Assembly: GCF_001194135.2 (NCBI RefSeq)
Contig: NC_068989.1
Span: 75,607,344-75,639,451, forward strand
Reading direction: 5' to 3'
Source: Octopus bimaculoides
Lineage: Eukaryota
DNA: 32,108 nt
Part shown: positions 8,696 to 19,291 of the stretch, piece after piece
How the letters are laid out: each line of letters begins with the position of its first letter
Numbering within the stretch: the first letter of the stretch is position 1
Program-made: the position numbers and the translations under genes
The notes under the pieces: model-generated
What the model saw: only the letters and a program-made list of their open reading frames with translations
The model's database searches: none
Told to the model about the DNA's origin: nothing

Positions 8696-9595
8696 TATGA
8701 GGTGGTACCTAAAAAGAAACCGGAATTTTGCAATATTTTATTTACTTAGTTTTATATGTTTACACTTTTATCGCCTTCAAAGTATTCTCCATTTGAAACA
8801 ATGCATCGGTCCAGACACGTTTTCCACTTTTCGAAGCAGTTCTGGAACTCTTGCGAAGTGATGCCTTTTATCGTTTCCGTCAGTTTTTTCTTCACCTTTT
8901 CCACATCTGCAAATTCCGTAGCACCAGCTTTCGTCACCAGTGACGATCTTCGAAAAAATGGTCCGGATCAACTTCCAGCTGTTCTTTCAGTTCATGACAC
9001 GTATTCAGTCGTGCCTGCTTTTGATCCTCCGTGAGCAAGCGAGCCACAAATTTTGCTGCAATTCTTTTTATTTGCAATTCTGCGCTCAAAAATCGTTGAC
9101 AGGAGCTCCAAGACACACCAACCACACCAACAAGGTATTCAATTGTTCATCGATGGTCCTCCAAGATCAGTTCATGAATATTCATGATGTTTACATTCGT
9201 TCGGGAGTTCGACTGTTGTCCTGAACGAAGTTGGTCTTCAAACGATAAGTGACCCTTTTTAAGGCGTGGAAACCACTCGTGTTTTGCTCATGGCAACGTC
9301 ATTGTAAGTTGTTTGAAGCAGGACAACTGTTTCGACTGTCGTGTTCCCCAGAATAAAACAGAATTTCCCGGAAGCATGCTGTTCCTTCGTTTCAGCCATC
9401 GCAAAAATCGACGAACAGGGGAGAAGCACTGCAAAACAAAGACGCACCACACGATAATACGAATTCACCCGACGATGCTAGTCAGCAGACTGATGCCTGA
9501 GGGTTGCATCAAGTGGCTTCTAGCAGCAATAGCCTGAGCTAAAACGGGTTTGTCCAGCTGAGAACATTTCCGGTTACTTTTCGGTACTTCCTCCA

Positions 9596-9598
<3 letters not shown>
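8696..9598 (-). mobile_element. Internally deleted mariner (Tc1/mariner) DNA transposon
   Basis: Degenerate TIRs: left GAGGTGGTACCTAAAAAGAAACCGGAA, right (reverse complement) GAGGAAGTACCGAAAAGTAACCGGAA. TA dinucleotides at both ends and transposase remnants inside. Confidence 0.85.
8752..9399 (-). pseudogene. Mariner transposase remnant
   Basis: MAETKEQHASGKFCFILG...; VGVSWSSCQRFLSAELQIKRIAAKFVARLLTEDQKQAR; FSKIVTGDESWCYG (first catalytic Asp); then directly the C-terminus FADVEKVKKK...FQNCFEKWKTCLDRCIVSNGEYFEGD. Frameshifted; the second and third Asp motifs are missing. Confidence 0.9.
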
Positions 9599-9626
<28 letters not shown>

Positions 9627-9697
9627 TGTATATATACATTCGTGTATGTTTTTATATGAGTGTTGGGACGTTATACATACACACATACGCGCGCACA

Positions 9698-9748
<51 letters not shown>

Positions 9749-10143
9749 TGGAGAGAGATTATTTTTATGATGTCGTGTCAGGACTGTCTTTACTGATGAT
9801 ACAAGCGGCATAGTAAATACTTAAATGGCCTGGGGTCGACTTTGCTTCATGAGAAGTATGTTAAAAACTTCTCTTGGCTTACTATGCTTTTTGTCTCTCT
9901 CCTACTATAAAACTGGTCGTCAAGAACAATCTATGCATTGTTGTTCACTGGTGTAACAATTCCAAGAAAAACTATAAAGACGCAACATAAATATGTAACA
10001 ATGCAAGTCTATTGTATAGATTTGTATTCAATTCATTCAAAAAGGAAAAGAAAACTCGATCATTGCACATAAGTAAAATGTCAGGATCGCTACCATGTAA
10101 ACGAGGCTTTCAATCTTAAGAAATTTACATAAAAATTATTTTT

Positions 10144-10566
10144 CACGTCGGGTGAAATGCTTAGCGATATTTCGTATGTCTTTACGTTTTGAGTTCAAAT
10201 TCTGCCGAGGTCGACTTTACCTTCCATCTTTTTGGGGTCGATAATTATTTAAGTACAAATTGAGTACTGGTGTCAATCTAATCGACTGGCTCCCTTCACC
10301 CAAAATTTCGGGCCTTGTGCCTAGAGTAGAAAAGAATATATATATATATATATATATATATACACTCGTACGGAAAAACGGTGAGCTGGCTGAATGAATG
10401 CTTAGCAGCATTTTGTCTGTGTTCACAAAATCTGAGTTGAACTCCCACTGAGGTCGACTTTGCCTTTCAACATTTCAGGGTCGATAAAATAAGTACCAGT
10501 TGGGCATTGGATCATGGAGGTGGGGTTCTATGAAATTGCTGGCCTTGTACTAAAATTTAAAACCAA
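10144..10566 (+). mobile_element. Two tandem family C SINE copies separated by (TA)n
   Basis: Units at about 10144-10337 and 10377-10566, both with GAGGTCGACTTT(A/G)CCTT...GGGTCGATAA and AAAT...GGCCTTGT. Confidence 0.8.
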
Positions 10567-11309
10567 TATATATATNNNNNNNNNNNNNNNNNNNNNNNNN
10601 NNNNNNNNNNNNNNNNNNNNNNNNNNNNNNNNNNNNNNNNNNNNNNNNNNNNNNNNNNNNNNNNNNNNNNNNNNNNNNNNNNNNNNNNNNNNNNNNNNNN
10701 NNNNNNNNNNNNNNNNNNNNNNNNNNNNNNNNNNNNNNNNNNNNNNNNNNNNNNNNNNNNNNNNNNNNNNNNNNNNNNNNNNNNNNNNNNNNNNNNNNNN
10801 NNNNNNNNNNNNNNNNNNNNNNNNNNNNNNNNNNNNNNNNNNNNNNNNNNNNNNNNNNNNNNNNNNNNNNNNNNNNNNNNNNNNNNNNNNNNNNNNNNNN
10901 NNNNNNNNNNNNNNNNNNNNNNNNNNNNNNNNNNNNNNNNNNNNNNNNNNNNNNNNNNNNNNNNNNNNNNNNNNNNNNNNNNNNNNNNNNNNNNNNNNNN
11001 NNNNNNNNNNNNNNNNNNNNNNNNNNNNNNNNNNNNNNNNNNNNNNNNNNNNNNNNNNNNNNNNNNNNNNNNNNNNNNNNNNNNNNNNNNNNNNNNNNNN
11101 NNNNNNNNNNNNNNNNNNNNNNNNNNNNNNNNNNNNNNNNNNNNNNNNNNNNNNNNNNNNNNNNNNNNNNNNNNNNNNNNNNNNNNNNNNNNNNNNNNNN
11201 NNNNNNNNNNNNNNNNNNNNNNNNNNNNNNNNNNNNNNNNNNNNNNNNNNNNNNNNNNNNNNNNNNNNNNNNNNNNNTATATATATATATATATGTGCAT
11301 ATACACATA

Positions 11310-11530
11310 AGGGTGCATGGTTTAATGTTGCAACCTCGTGGTTAGTGTGTTGCACTCACGATCGCGAGATTGTGGCTTCCATTGCGTTGCTCTGCGATCA
11401 CTTCGACAGCTGACGTGTGGTACACAGTGCACCTTTACAGGTAACATCAATTTGATGGAGAGACTGAGTTAATGTACAGCACAGACATTTGCTTACTATA
11501 GACAAATCAGTTGTTCTGGTCTTCTAGCAA
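11310..11530 (+). mobile_element. Decayed tRNA-derived SINE of another family (D)
   Basis: tRNA-like start TGGTTTAATG...GTGGTTAGTGTGTTGCACTCACGATCGCGAGATTGTGGCTTCC. Single copy in this window, so the boundaries are uncertain. Confidence 0.3.
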
Positions 11531-11588
11531 AGGCTCTTACCGTTCTCTTAGACGGGAGATTCCATCATATATATACATAGGCATACGT

Positions 11589-11670
11589 GCTTCGATGGCC
11601 GATTGGTGAAGACGTTAGACTCGAAATTCGATGGGCAATGTCTTAACTGGTTCGAATCCTATTCGTAGCA
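11589..11670 (+). pseudogene. tRNA-Ser(CGA)-like pseudogene
   Basis: 82 nt. Acceptor stem GCTTCGA/TCGTAGC (6 of 7 pairs), D region TGGCCGATTGG, anticodon loop CTCGAAA (CGA at 11622-11624), long variable arm and TTCGAAT T loop. The anticodon and T stems have mismatches. Confidence 0.6.
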
Positions 11671-11684
11671 TTATTTCTATCGTC

Positions 11685-11864
11685 GCTGGCGTGGCTGTGT
11701 GGTAAGAAATTTGCTTCCCAAACATATGAGTTTCATGTTCGGTCCCACACCTCGGCAAGTGTCTCCTACAATAGCTCCGGGTCGAGTAAAACCTTGTGTG
11801 TGGATCTTATAGACGGAAACCGAGAGTAGCTTGTTCTCCGTGCGTGTATGTATATGCATAAATA

Positions 11865-11890
<26 letters not shown>
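11685..11890 (+). mobile_element. Decayed SINE family B, 5' half
   Basis: GGCGTGGCTGTGTGGTAAG...CTCGGCAAGTGTCTCCTACAATAGCTCCGGG...CCTTGTGTGTGGAT...AGACGGAAAC, ending in the (GT)n tract. Confidence 0.65.
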
Positions 11891-11898
<8 letters not shown>

Positions 11899-12217
11899 CG
11901 CGCGGGCGCGTTTGTATCCTACCCAACGCAGTTTCCGTCATAGTAGAAATTACTTATTCAAGACGCTGTGTAGTGGGNNNNNNNNNNNNNNNNNNNNNNN
12001 NNNNNNNNNNNNNNNNNNNNNNNNNNNNNNNNNNNNNNNNNNNNNNNNNNNNNNNNNNNNNNNNNNNNNNNNNNNNNNNNNNNNNNNNNNNNNNNNNNNN
12101 NNNNNNNNNNNNNNNNNNNNNNNNNNNNNNNNNNNNNNNNNNNNNNNNNNNNNNNNNNNNNNNNNNNNNNNNNNNNNNNNNNNNNNNNNNNNNNNNNNNN
12201 NNNNNNNNNNNNNNNNN

Positions 12218-12395
12218 CGTCTGCCCGCTACGTTCTGAGTTCAAATTCCGCCGAGGTCGACTTTGCCTTTCATCCTTTCGGGTGTCGATTAAATAAGTAC
12301 CAGTTACGCACTGGGTCGATATAATCGATTTAATCCGTTTGTCTGTCCTTGTTTGTCCCTTCTGTGTGTATCCCCTTGTGGGTAGTAAAGAAATA
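12218..12395 (+). mobile_element. SINE family C variant with a different 3' tail (5' end in gap)
   Basis: Well-preserved CGTTCTGAGTTCAAATTCCGCCGAGGTCGACTTTGCCTTTCATCC core, then TGTCTGTCCTTGTTTGTCCCCTCTG...GTAAAGAAATAG in place of the usual CCCAAAATTTCGGGCC tail. Confidence 0.7.
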
Positions 12396-12396
12396 G

Positions 12397-12474
<78 letters not shown>

Positions 12475-12800
12475 TGTAACTATAGTTCATGCGAATAATA
12501 CGTTGTAGGAAAGGAAAGAAAGGACAGTCGCTAATTGTGATCATTCATATGAAATTATTGTTGCTGGGCCGCTTTTTTTTAACATTCAGAGTATTCGAAT
12601 GAATGAAGACTTAACGACTGGATTGCTGTTTGCGTCTGTGAGGTCAAGCAAGCTACCCAACTATTCATAAAAAAACCTCTCTTTTGTCTGACTTACTGTT
12701 TCTTGAATAGGTGACATTCTTATCACCTTTTTTTTTTTTTTCACCGGCCTCTCTATTATTATAATAATGGCCGTCAAACGTCAAGTAAAAAAAAAATGTT

Positions 12801-12820
12801 TAATGATGATAATAATAATG

Positions 12821-12887
<67 letters not shown>

Positions 12888-12906
12888 TGATGATGATGAT
12901 GATAAT
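12801..12906. repeat. (ATA)n / (ATG)n microsatellite
   Basis: Directly visible. Confidence 0.95.
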
Positions 12907-13559
12907 AAATGTTTTTGTTCTTGTGTATATAGGAAAGGAATCAAAAGGTATTCGTAATTGTTGGATATAAATATAGCGCTTGAACTAAATTCCAACACAG
13001 CTAGGGAGAAGGAAACAAAAAAAACAAAAAACAAAAAAACAGGTAAAGTGAAAAATGAGATCGAGAAGACAGTTTATAAATTATAGGGGACTGAGAAAGA
13101 CGAAAATAATTCACGGAATACAAGTTAAGGATGTTCTAAAGACGACGAAAGGACGGAGAAATTGTTGGTGTGCTGGGTAGCTTGTTTGTGTCAGGATGTT
13201 GTGTATGTTAATGTACAAATTGTTGTTATGTTTACGTATGTGCGTAAATGCGCGCGCGCGCACGTATGTGTTTGTGTGAGTTTTGCGACTGATTTTGTGT
13301 TAGTCTGCATATGTGTATATGTCTTTGTTACTCTCAGAGTTGATAACGTACCAGTCAGGTATTAGAGCCGATGGTATCGCTTTATGCCCTTAATTGCTGG
13401 CTTTGTGCCTAAATCAAACAATTTCTGTGCGTTTGCACGTCTATATTTGTGTGCATGCATGTACCGACATTCATGTGTGTGTGTGTGTGTGTGCATGCGG
13501 TAATGTGTGTATGTGTGCGTGCTCGCCCATCTCTGATGCCATTCGATTTACATCTCTCA

Positions 13560-13700
13560 CGCCGGCATATTTGAGTGGTTAAAAATATCGATTCGCAAGC
13601 ATAAGGTCCCAGGTTCGATCTCACTGCGCGTTATCTTGAACTTTAGCCTTGGTAGGGAACTTGGGTAAACTGAAACTGTGTAGAAACCTATTGGATGGAC
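13560..13700 (+). mobile_element. Highly decayed family B-like SINE head
   Basis: TGAGTGGTTAA...CCCAGGTTCGATCTCACTGCGCG...GGTAAACTGAAACTGTGTAGAAACC. Confidence 0.35.
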
Positions 13701-13784
13701 AACTATACTGGTAATCCAATGACCGAGCCATGTCATATTATTTTTGCTTGATGGTTATTACGTCTAATTACGGTAAGGGTACAC

Positions 13785-14842
13785 AAGGCAGCAAAGTGGT
13801 AGAATCCTTAGTCCGCCGGAAAAAATGCTTCGCAGCATTTGTTCCGGCTCTTTATAGAGGGCCGATGAAATAAATACCAGTTGAGCACTGAGACGATGTA
13901 ATCGACTAGCCACTTCCATTTCTAAATTTCAGGTCTTCTGCTTCTTGAAGAAAGGATTATGTTAAGAGTAAGCAGGGCACTATGACAGAATCGTTAGCAC
14001 GCCGGACAAAATGCTTAGCGACACTTCGCCCATACTCTCTTTTACTCTTTTACTTGTTTGTCATTTGACTGTGGCAATGCTGGAGCACCGCCTTTAGTCG
14101 AGCAAATCGACCCCAGGACTTATTCATTGGATGCTTAGTACTTATTCTATCGGTCTCTTTTGCCGAACCGCTATGTTATGGGGACGTAAACACACCAGCA
14201 TCGGTTGTCAAGCGATGTTGGGGGGTGGGGGGACAAACACAGACACACACACATATATATACATATATACATATATACGACGGGCTTCTTTTAGTTTCCG
14301 TCTACCAAATCCACTCACAAGGCTTTGGTCGACCCGTGGCTATAGTAGAAGACACTTGCCCAAGGTGCCACGCAGTGGGAATGAACCCGGAACCATGTGG
14401 CTGGTCAGCAAGCTACTTACCACACAGCCACTCCTGCGCCATATTTACGTTCTGAGTTCAAATTTCGCTGAGGTCGACTATGACGTTCATCCTTTCGGGG
14501 TCGACGAAATAAGTATCAGTTTAAGCCCTAGAGTTGATGTAATCGACTAGCCCACCTCCTCCAAAATTTTAGGGCCGTGTACCCACAATAGAAAGGATGT
14601 TTACATTTTATTATTTTAAGGGTACAGAGGGTGGCAAAGTAGCAGAATCTTTAGCGCGTTAGACAAAATGCCTAGAGGCGTTTCGTCCGTTTTTACGTCT
14701 GAGTTCAAATTCCGCCGAGGTCGGCTTTGTCTTTCATCCTTTCGTAGGTCGATGAAAGCAGTAAGTACTGGGATCGATGTAATCGACTAGCCCCTTCCCC
14801 TAAAAATTGCTAGCCTGTGCCAAAATTAGGGAGAATTATATT
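13785..14842 (+). mobile_element. Three head-to-tail family C copies, the middle one split by a family B insertion
   Basis: Units at about 13785-13960, 13970-14033 plus 14441-14600, and 14628-14842. The middle head stops at ...ACACTTCGCCCATA and resumes at TTTACGTTCTGAGTTC. Confidence 0.8.
14034..14440 (-). mobile_element. SINE family B, full length, nested in a family C copy
   Basis: Colinear with 1326-1736; the tail is (AGAGTAAA)-like. Confidence 0.88.
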
Positions 14843-14889
14843 AAGGGTGAATTTGTGAATGGAATTCGCATCTATGTATTGTGCACTTA

Positions 14890-15267
14890 GTGGAGGTGCA
14901 ATGGCCCAGTGTTTAGGGCAGCAGACTCGCAGTCATACGATCGCGGTTTCGATACCCAGACCAGGCGTTGTGAGTGCTTATTGAGCGAAAACACCTAAAG
15001 CTCCACGAGGCTCCGGCAGGGGATGGTGGCGAACCCTGCTGTACTCTTCCACCACAACTTTCTCTCACTCTTACTTCCTGTTACTGTTGTGCCTGTAATT
15101 CAAAGGGTCAGCCTTGTCACACTGTGTCACGCTGAATATCCCCGAGGACTACGTTAAGGGTACACGTGTCTGTGGAGTGCTCAGCCACTTGCACGTTAAT
15201 TTCACGAGCAGGCTGTCCCGTTGATCGGATCAACTGGAACCCTCGACGTCGTAAGCGACGGAGTGCC

Positions 15268-15313
<46 letters not shown>
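14890..15313 (+). mobile_element. SINE family A, full length, long (CAA)n tail
   Basis: Perfect 12-bp TSD ATTGTGCACTTA at 14878-14889 and 15314-15325. Confidence 0.92.
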
Positions 15314-15315
<2 letters not shown>

Positions 15316-15622
15316 TGTGCACTTAAATGAAAAGGTAGTTAATCTGGTTGTACAACTGGAAGAATAGTCGTCGTCGAAGCAAACGGAGATCCATTTACTA
15401 GTGCAGGGTTTTTTGGTTGTAGACAAGCTATTGTTTAAACAAGTTCTAACAGGTTTCTAGATGTAGTTTGATTACAGTGTTTTAAGATAAGTTGATATTA
15501 AGAGTGTCAACAAATGAAATACAACCGGAACAAAGATGGAGAAGAACTATTAGGTTGCATCAATGTTTAATATCAGAACGGTAGAAAATAGAAGGAAATG
15601 TGCTTTTGTATTTGTGTGTAGG

Positions 15623-15637
15623 TGCTGTGTGTGTGTG

Positions 15638-15690
<53 letters not shown>
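15623..15690. repeat. (GT)n microsatellite
   Basis: Directly visible. Confidence 0.95.
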
Positions 15691-15696
<6 letters not shown>

Positions 15697-16061
15697 TTAG
15701 GAAAATAAAAAACTGGAAAGAGGTGGAAAAGCGTATGGAGAGGTGGAGAGATATAAAAGATTGATTAAAAGAAATATAAACAGCGGGAAAAAGAAAGCGA
15801 AAACGTATACTGAGAGGAGAAAAAGAAAACGCGAGAACTTAAATACAGACTTTGCTAATAGAAAGAGAAAATGTCTGTCTGTCTAAATGTATTCACGCAT
15901 ACATTTAAAACGTATAAATACAATATCAAATCAGCTCTGAAAGTGCATAGTTATATACTTAGTCATATGCGTTCAACTCCATGATCATTCTGCCCTTTAT
16001 TTTCAGGTATAGTATATCTAGGACTACATTATTCAACGTATAAAATTCTAGATGTACATAT

Positions 16062-16177
16062 ATAGGCTCAGGCGTAGCTGTGTGGTACCTTGGGCAAGTG
16101 TCTTCTACTATAGTCTCGGGCTGACCCAAGACTTGTGAGTGGATTTGGTAAACGGAAACTGAAAGAAGCTCGTCGTA

Positions 16178-16230
<53 letters not shown>

Positions 16231-16492
16231 TACACACACACATATACATGTATATGTGTATATATATGTGTGTGTGTGTGAGTACACTTGTGTCTGTTTT
16301 CTCCCACCCACAACCGCTTAAAAACCGGTGCTGGTGTGCTGGAACTTAGCGGTTTGGCAAGACACCGATAGAATAAGCACCAGGCTTTAAAAAAGAGAAT
16401 GGGTACTGGAATCGATACATTCGACTAAAAATTCTTCAAGACAGTGCACCAGCATGGCCGCAGTCTAAAGACTGAAACAAGTAAAAGATAAA
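16062..16492 (+). mobile_element. SINE family B with an internal deletion in the tRNA head
   Basis: TAGCTGTGTGGTA is joined directly to CCTTGGGCAAGTG. The core, (TA)n and tail ACTGAAACAAGTAAAAG are present. Confidence 0.85.
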
Positions 16493-17013
16493 ATATAAAG
16501 ATGTATATCTAAGACTTAATACTAAAGGTATAATATAATCTCCTTTTTTCAAGGCAACAGGGTGTGATTTGAGGGAGATATGGCTGTTACTTTTAATAGT
16601 TCCTATTTTATTCACACTGTTAATTAATGCACCTCGAAGATACATTATAAACTATTGTTCTAGACCCGGAAGTGTAAATTATAGTAAACTCACGATGTTC
16701 TCGAGGTCTACGGTTACGTATCGACCTTTGCTTAAAGGATTTTCTCATTAATTATATCACACTTGTGTTTTTTTTTGTCTTTTCATGATTTTAGATATCT
16801 TAAACGTCACTTTTCCACTTTGTTCCCGGCTATAATTCTCAAGTTTCACGCTTATATAACAGAATTATGATTTAGTAAGGTTTGATTTAGCTGCTGAATT
16901 TGTAATATGTGTGAGTGTGTGAGTGTGTGTGTGAATGTGTGTGTGCGCATGAGATAGATAATTAAGTTGATCGATAGAGAGAAAGATATATATATATATA
17001 TATATATATATGC

Positions 17014-18048
17014 TTGAAAAACATCGAAAAAGGCAATACGGTAGACAATTACAGGCCGATGTCCTGTTTGCCATTTAGTGGGAGTTATTGACTGGAATAC
17101 TCGCAGAGTCAATGTACGAACATCTGGAAAAGAATAGAGTCCTGCCACACGAGCAGAAGGGTTGCAAGCGTAAGTGTAGAGGTACCAAGGATCAACTCCT
17201 GATAGACAAAACTGTACTTAGAAACTGCTAGAAGAGGAAAAGTAACTTAGTCATGTCATGGATCGACTATCGTAAGGCATACGATATAACGTAAGGCATA
17301 CGATATAACGTAAGGCATACGATATAATCCCACATTCTTGGATTATGGAATGTATGAACCTATTTGGTATTGCATCGAATGTTGAGCGACTTCTTGGAAA
17401 AAGTATGTCGAATTGGAGGACGGAACCGACTGTAGACGGAAGAAGTTTAGGGACAGTAGAAATTAGGAGGAGCATCTTCCAAGGGGACTGCATGTCCCCA
17501 CTGATCTTTGTACTATGCTTGATACCACTAACACTGATTCTGAGGAGAGCAAAAGCTGGGTATGTATTCAAAAGTCTCCAACAAAAATTCAATCATTTGT
17601 TATTCATGGATGACCTCGAACTTTATGGTAAAGATGAAGCCCAAGTCAGTTCCCTCATTGATGTGGTGTATACCTTCAGTACTCCTATCTTAATTGAGAA
17701 AGAAAAGAAACTATGGTGGATCATAGATACAGCATGCCCAGCTGACAACAAGGTATGAGATCAGGAAGAAAGAAAAGTCGAGAGTGGGAGGTTAAGCAGT
17801 TGTGGTCGATGAAAAAGGTAGCAGTAGTACCAATGATTTTCGGAGCCCTGGGAACAGTGAGCAGAAACCTCGAGAAGTACGGGGAACAAATAGGGCCTGC
17901 AATGAAGGTAGAGCACTTGCAAAAAACAGCACTGATTGGAACCGCTCGAATACTCCGGAAGGTGTTACCTTACTTCACTGGTAGTGAATAGCTGACACTG
18001 TAGTACATCACCAGCGTTAGAAGCTGTGCAATGATAAATAATAATAAT
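17014..18048 (+). pseudogene. R4/Dong-type non-LTR retrotransposon remnant: RT and restriction-like endonuclease, internally deleted
   Basis: NYRPMSCLP / [20 protein letters not shown] / WIDYRKAYD / PHSWIMECM / RSIFQGDCMSPLIF / NHLLFMDDL (FMDD at 17603-17614). Then ILIEKEKKLWWIIDTACPAD...VAVVPMIFGALGTVSRNL...LQKTALIGTARILRKVL and a short (TAA)n end. Clade assigned from recalled motifs. Confidence 0.85.
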
Positions 18049-18234
18049 CATTTTTGCTAAAGACGAAAGGCCTGAAATTTTGGGGAGGGGTTAACTGATA
18101 CTTAATTCATCAACCTCGAAAGGATGCAAAGCAAAGTCAACTTCGGTGGAATTTGAACTCAAAACGTAGAGACGCACGAAATGCCACTAAGCAATTTGCC
18201 TGGCATGCCAACAATTCTATCAGCTCGCTGCTTT
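18049..18234 (-). mobile_element. SINE family C, tail-to-tail with the LINE 3' end
   Basis: GGCCTGAAATTTTGGGGAGGGG...GCAAAGTCAACTTCGGTGGAATTTGAACTC...CAGCTCGCTGCTT is the reverse complement of family C. Confidence 0.75.
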
Positions 18235-18366
18235 AACATCATCATCAACAACAACAACAATATATAATTTGTGTTGACTGGGTCAACACAAATCATATGG
18301 TAATAAAAAAAGACGATATATTCTATCATTGTTACTACTTAACACGTGCATACACTCACACAAACC

Positions 18367-18419
<53 letters not shown>

Positions 18420-18474
18420 ATTTCTGTCTGTCTGTCTTCAAATATGTATATCTCTATGTATGTGTGAATATATA

Positions 18475-18514
<40 letters not shown>

Positions 18515-18524
18515 NNNNNNNNNN

Positions 18525-18556
<32 letters not shown>

Positions 18557-18922
18557 TCGCTACAACGTTATTAAGCTTCTCAAGGTAGCTGTAATGAAAG
18601 CAACTTTTACGTTTAGTCTAAGGGAATAATTATTTTCTTTCTCACTTTATTTTATTAAGTAAACTCTCGAATAATATAATCGAATAAAAGCGATTAATCA
18701 TTATCTCTGTCACTTCATAGTAATTAAGGGCCTCTTGATTGCGAGAAAGGATGGAGATATTGCTCGGATGAAACTTTAAGTAATGCGAGGTTGTGTCAAC
18801 CTGTTATTAAATACACATTTATAACTCTAAGTAGATGTGTTGAATGTTAGTTTCTTTCGTCTATCCATCCCTCGTCTATATGTATGTATGTATGTATGCA
18901 TGTATGTATGTATGTATGTATG

Positions 18923-18964
<42 letters not shown>

Positions 18965-19077
18965 GGTTTGGTAGTACTAACGGGATAAACAGAACTCAAA
19001 ACATGAGTTTATGAATATAAGTTTTATTTTTAATCAGTAAAAGCTATAAAGTGATCCAAGGGTTGATTGTTTCGTAC

Positions 19078-19230
19078 ATGGCTGTATGGTAAGAAGCTTA
19101 CTTCCCAACCACATAGTTCCGAGTTCAGTCCCACTGCGTGGCACCTTGGGCAAGTATTTCCTACTAAAGCATCGGGCCCACCAAAGCCCTGTGAGTGGAT
19201 TTGGTAGGCGGAAAAGGAAAGAAGCCCGTC

Positions 19231-19262
<32 letters not shown>
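19078..19262 (+). mobile_element. SINE family B, 5' half ending in (TA)n
   Basis: TGGCTGTATGGTAAGAAGCTTACTTCCCAACCAC...GCACCTTGGGCAAG...AAAGAAGCCCGTCG. Confidence 0.8.
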
Positions 19263-19264
<2 letters not shown>

Positions 19265-19291
19265 TAGCAGTATAGCCCGGCTTTGCCCGGG
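19263..19291 (+). mobile_element. Possible Helitron/Helentron-type terminus
   Basis: ACTAG followed by hairpin CCCGG-CTTTGC-CCGGG (19276-19291). The other end is not visible because a gap follows. Confidence 0.3.

Noticed and set aside
17271-17327. CRISPR-like short direct repeats
   Set aside because: The repeats are contiguous with no spacers and lie inside a eukaryotic retrotransposon.
18038-18060. Family C being mobilised by the adjacent R4/Dong-type LINE because both touch an AAT tract
   Set aside because: The two are on opposite strands: the LINE sense tail is (TAA)n and the SINE sense tail is (ATT)n, and no 3' sequence is shared.
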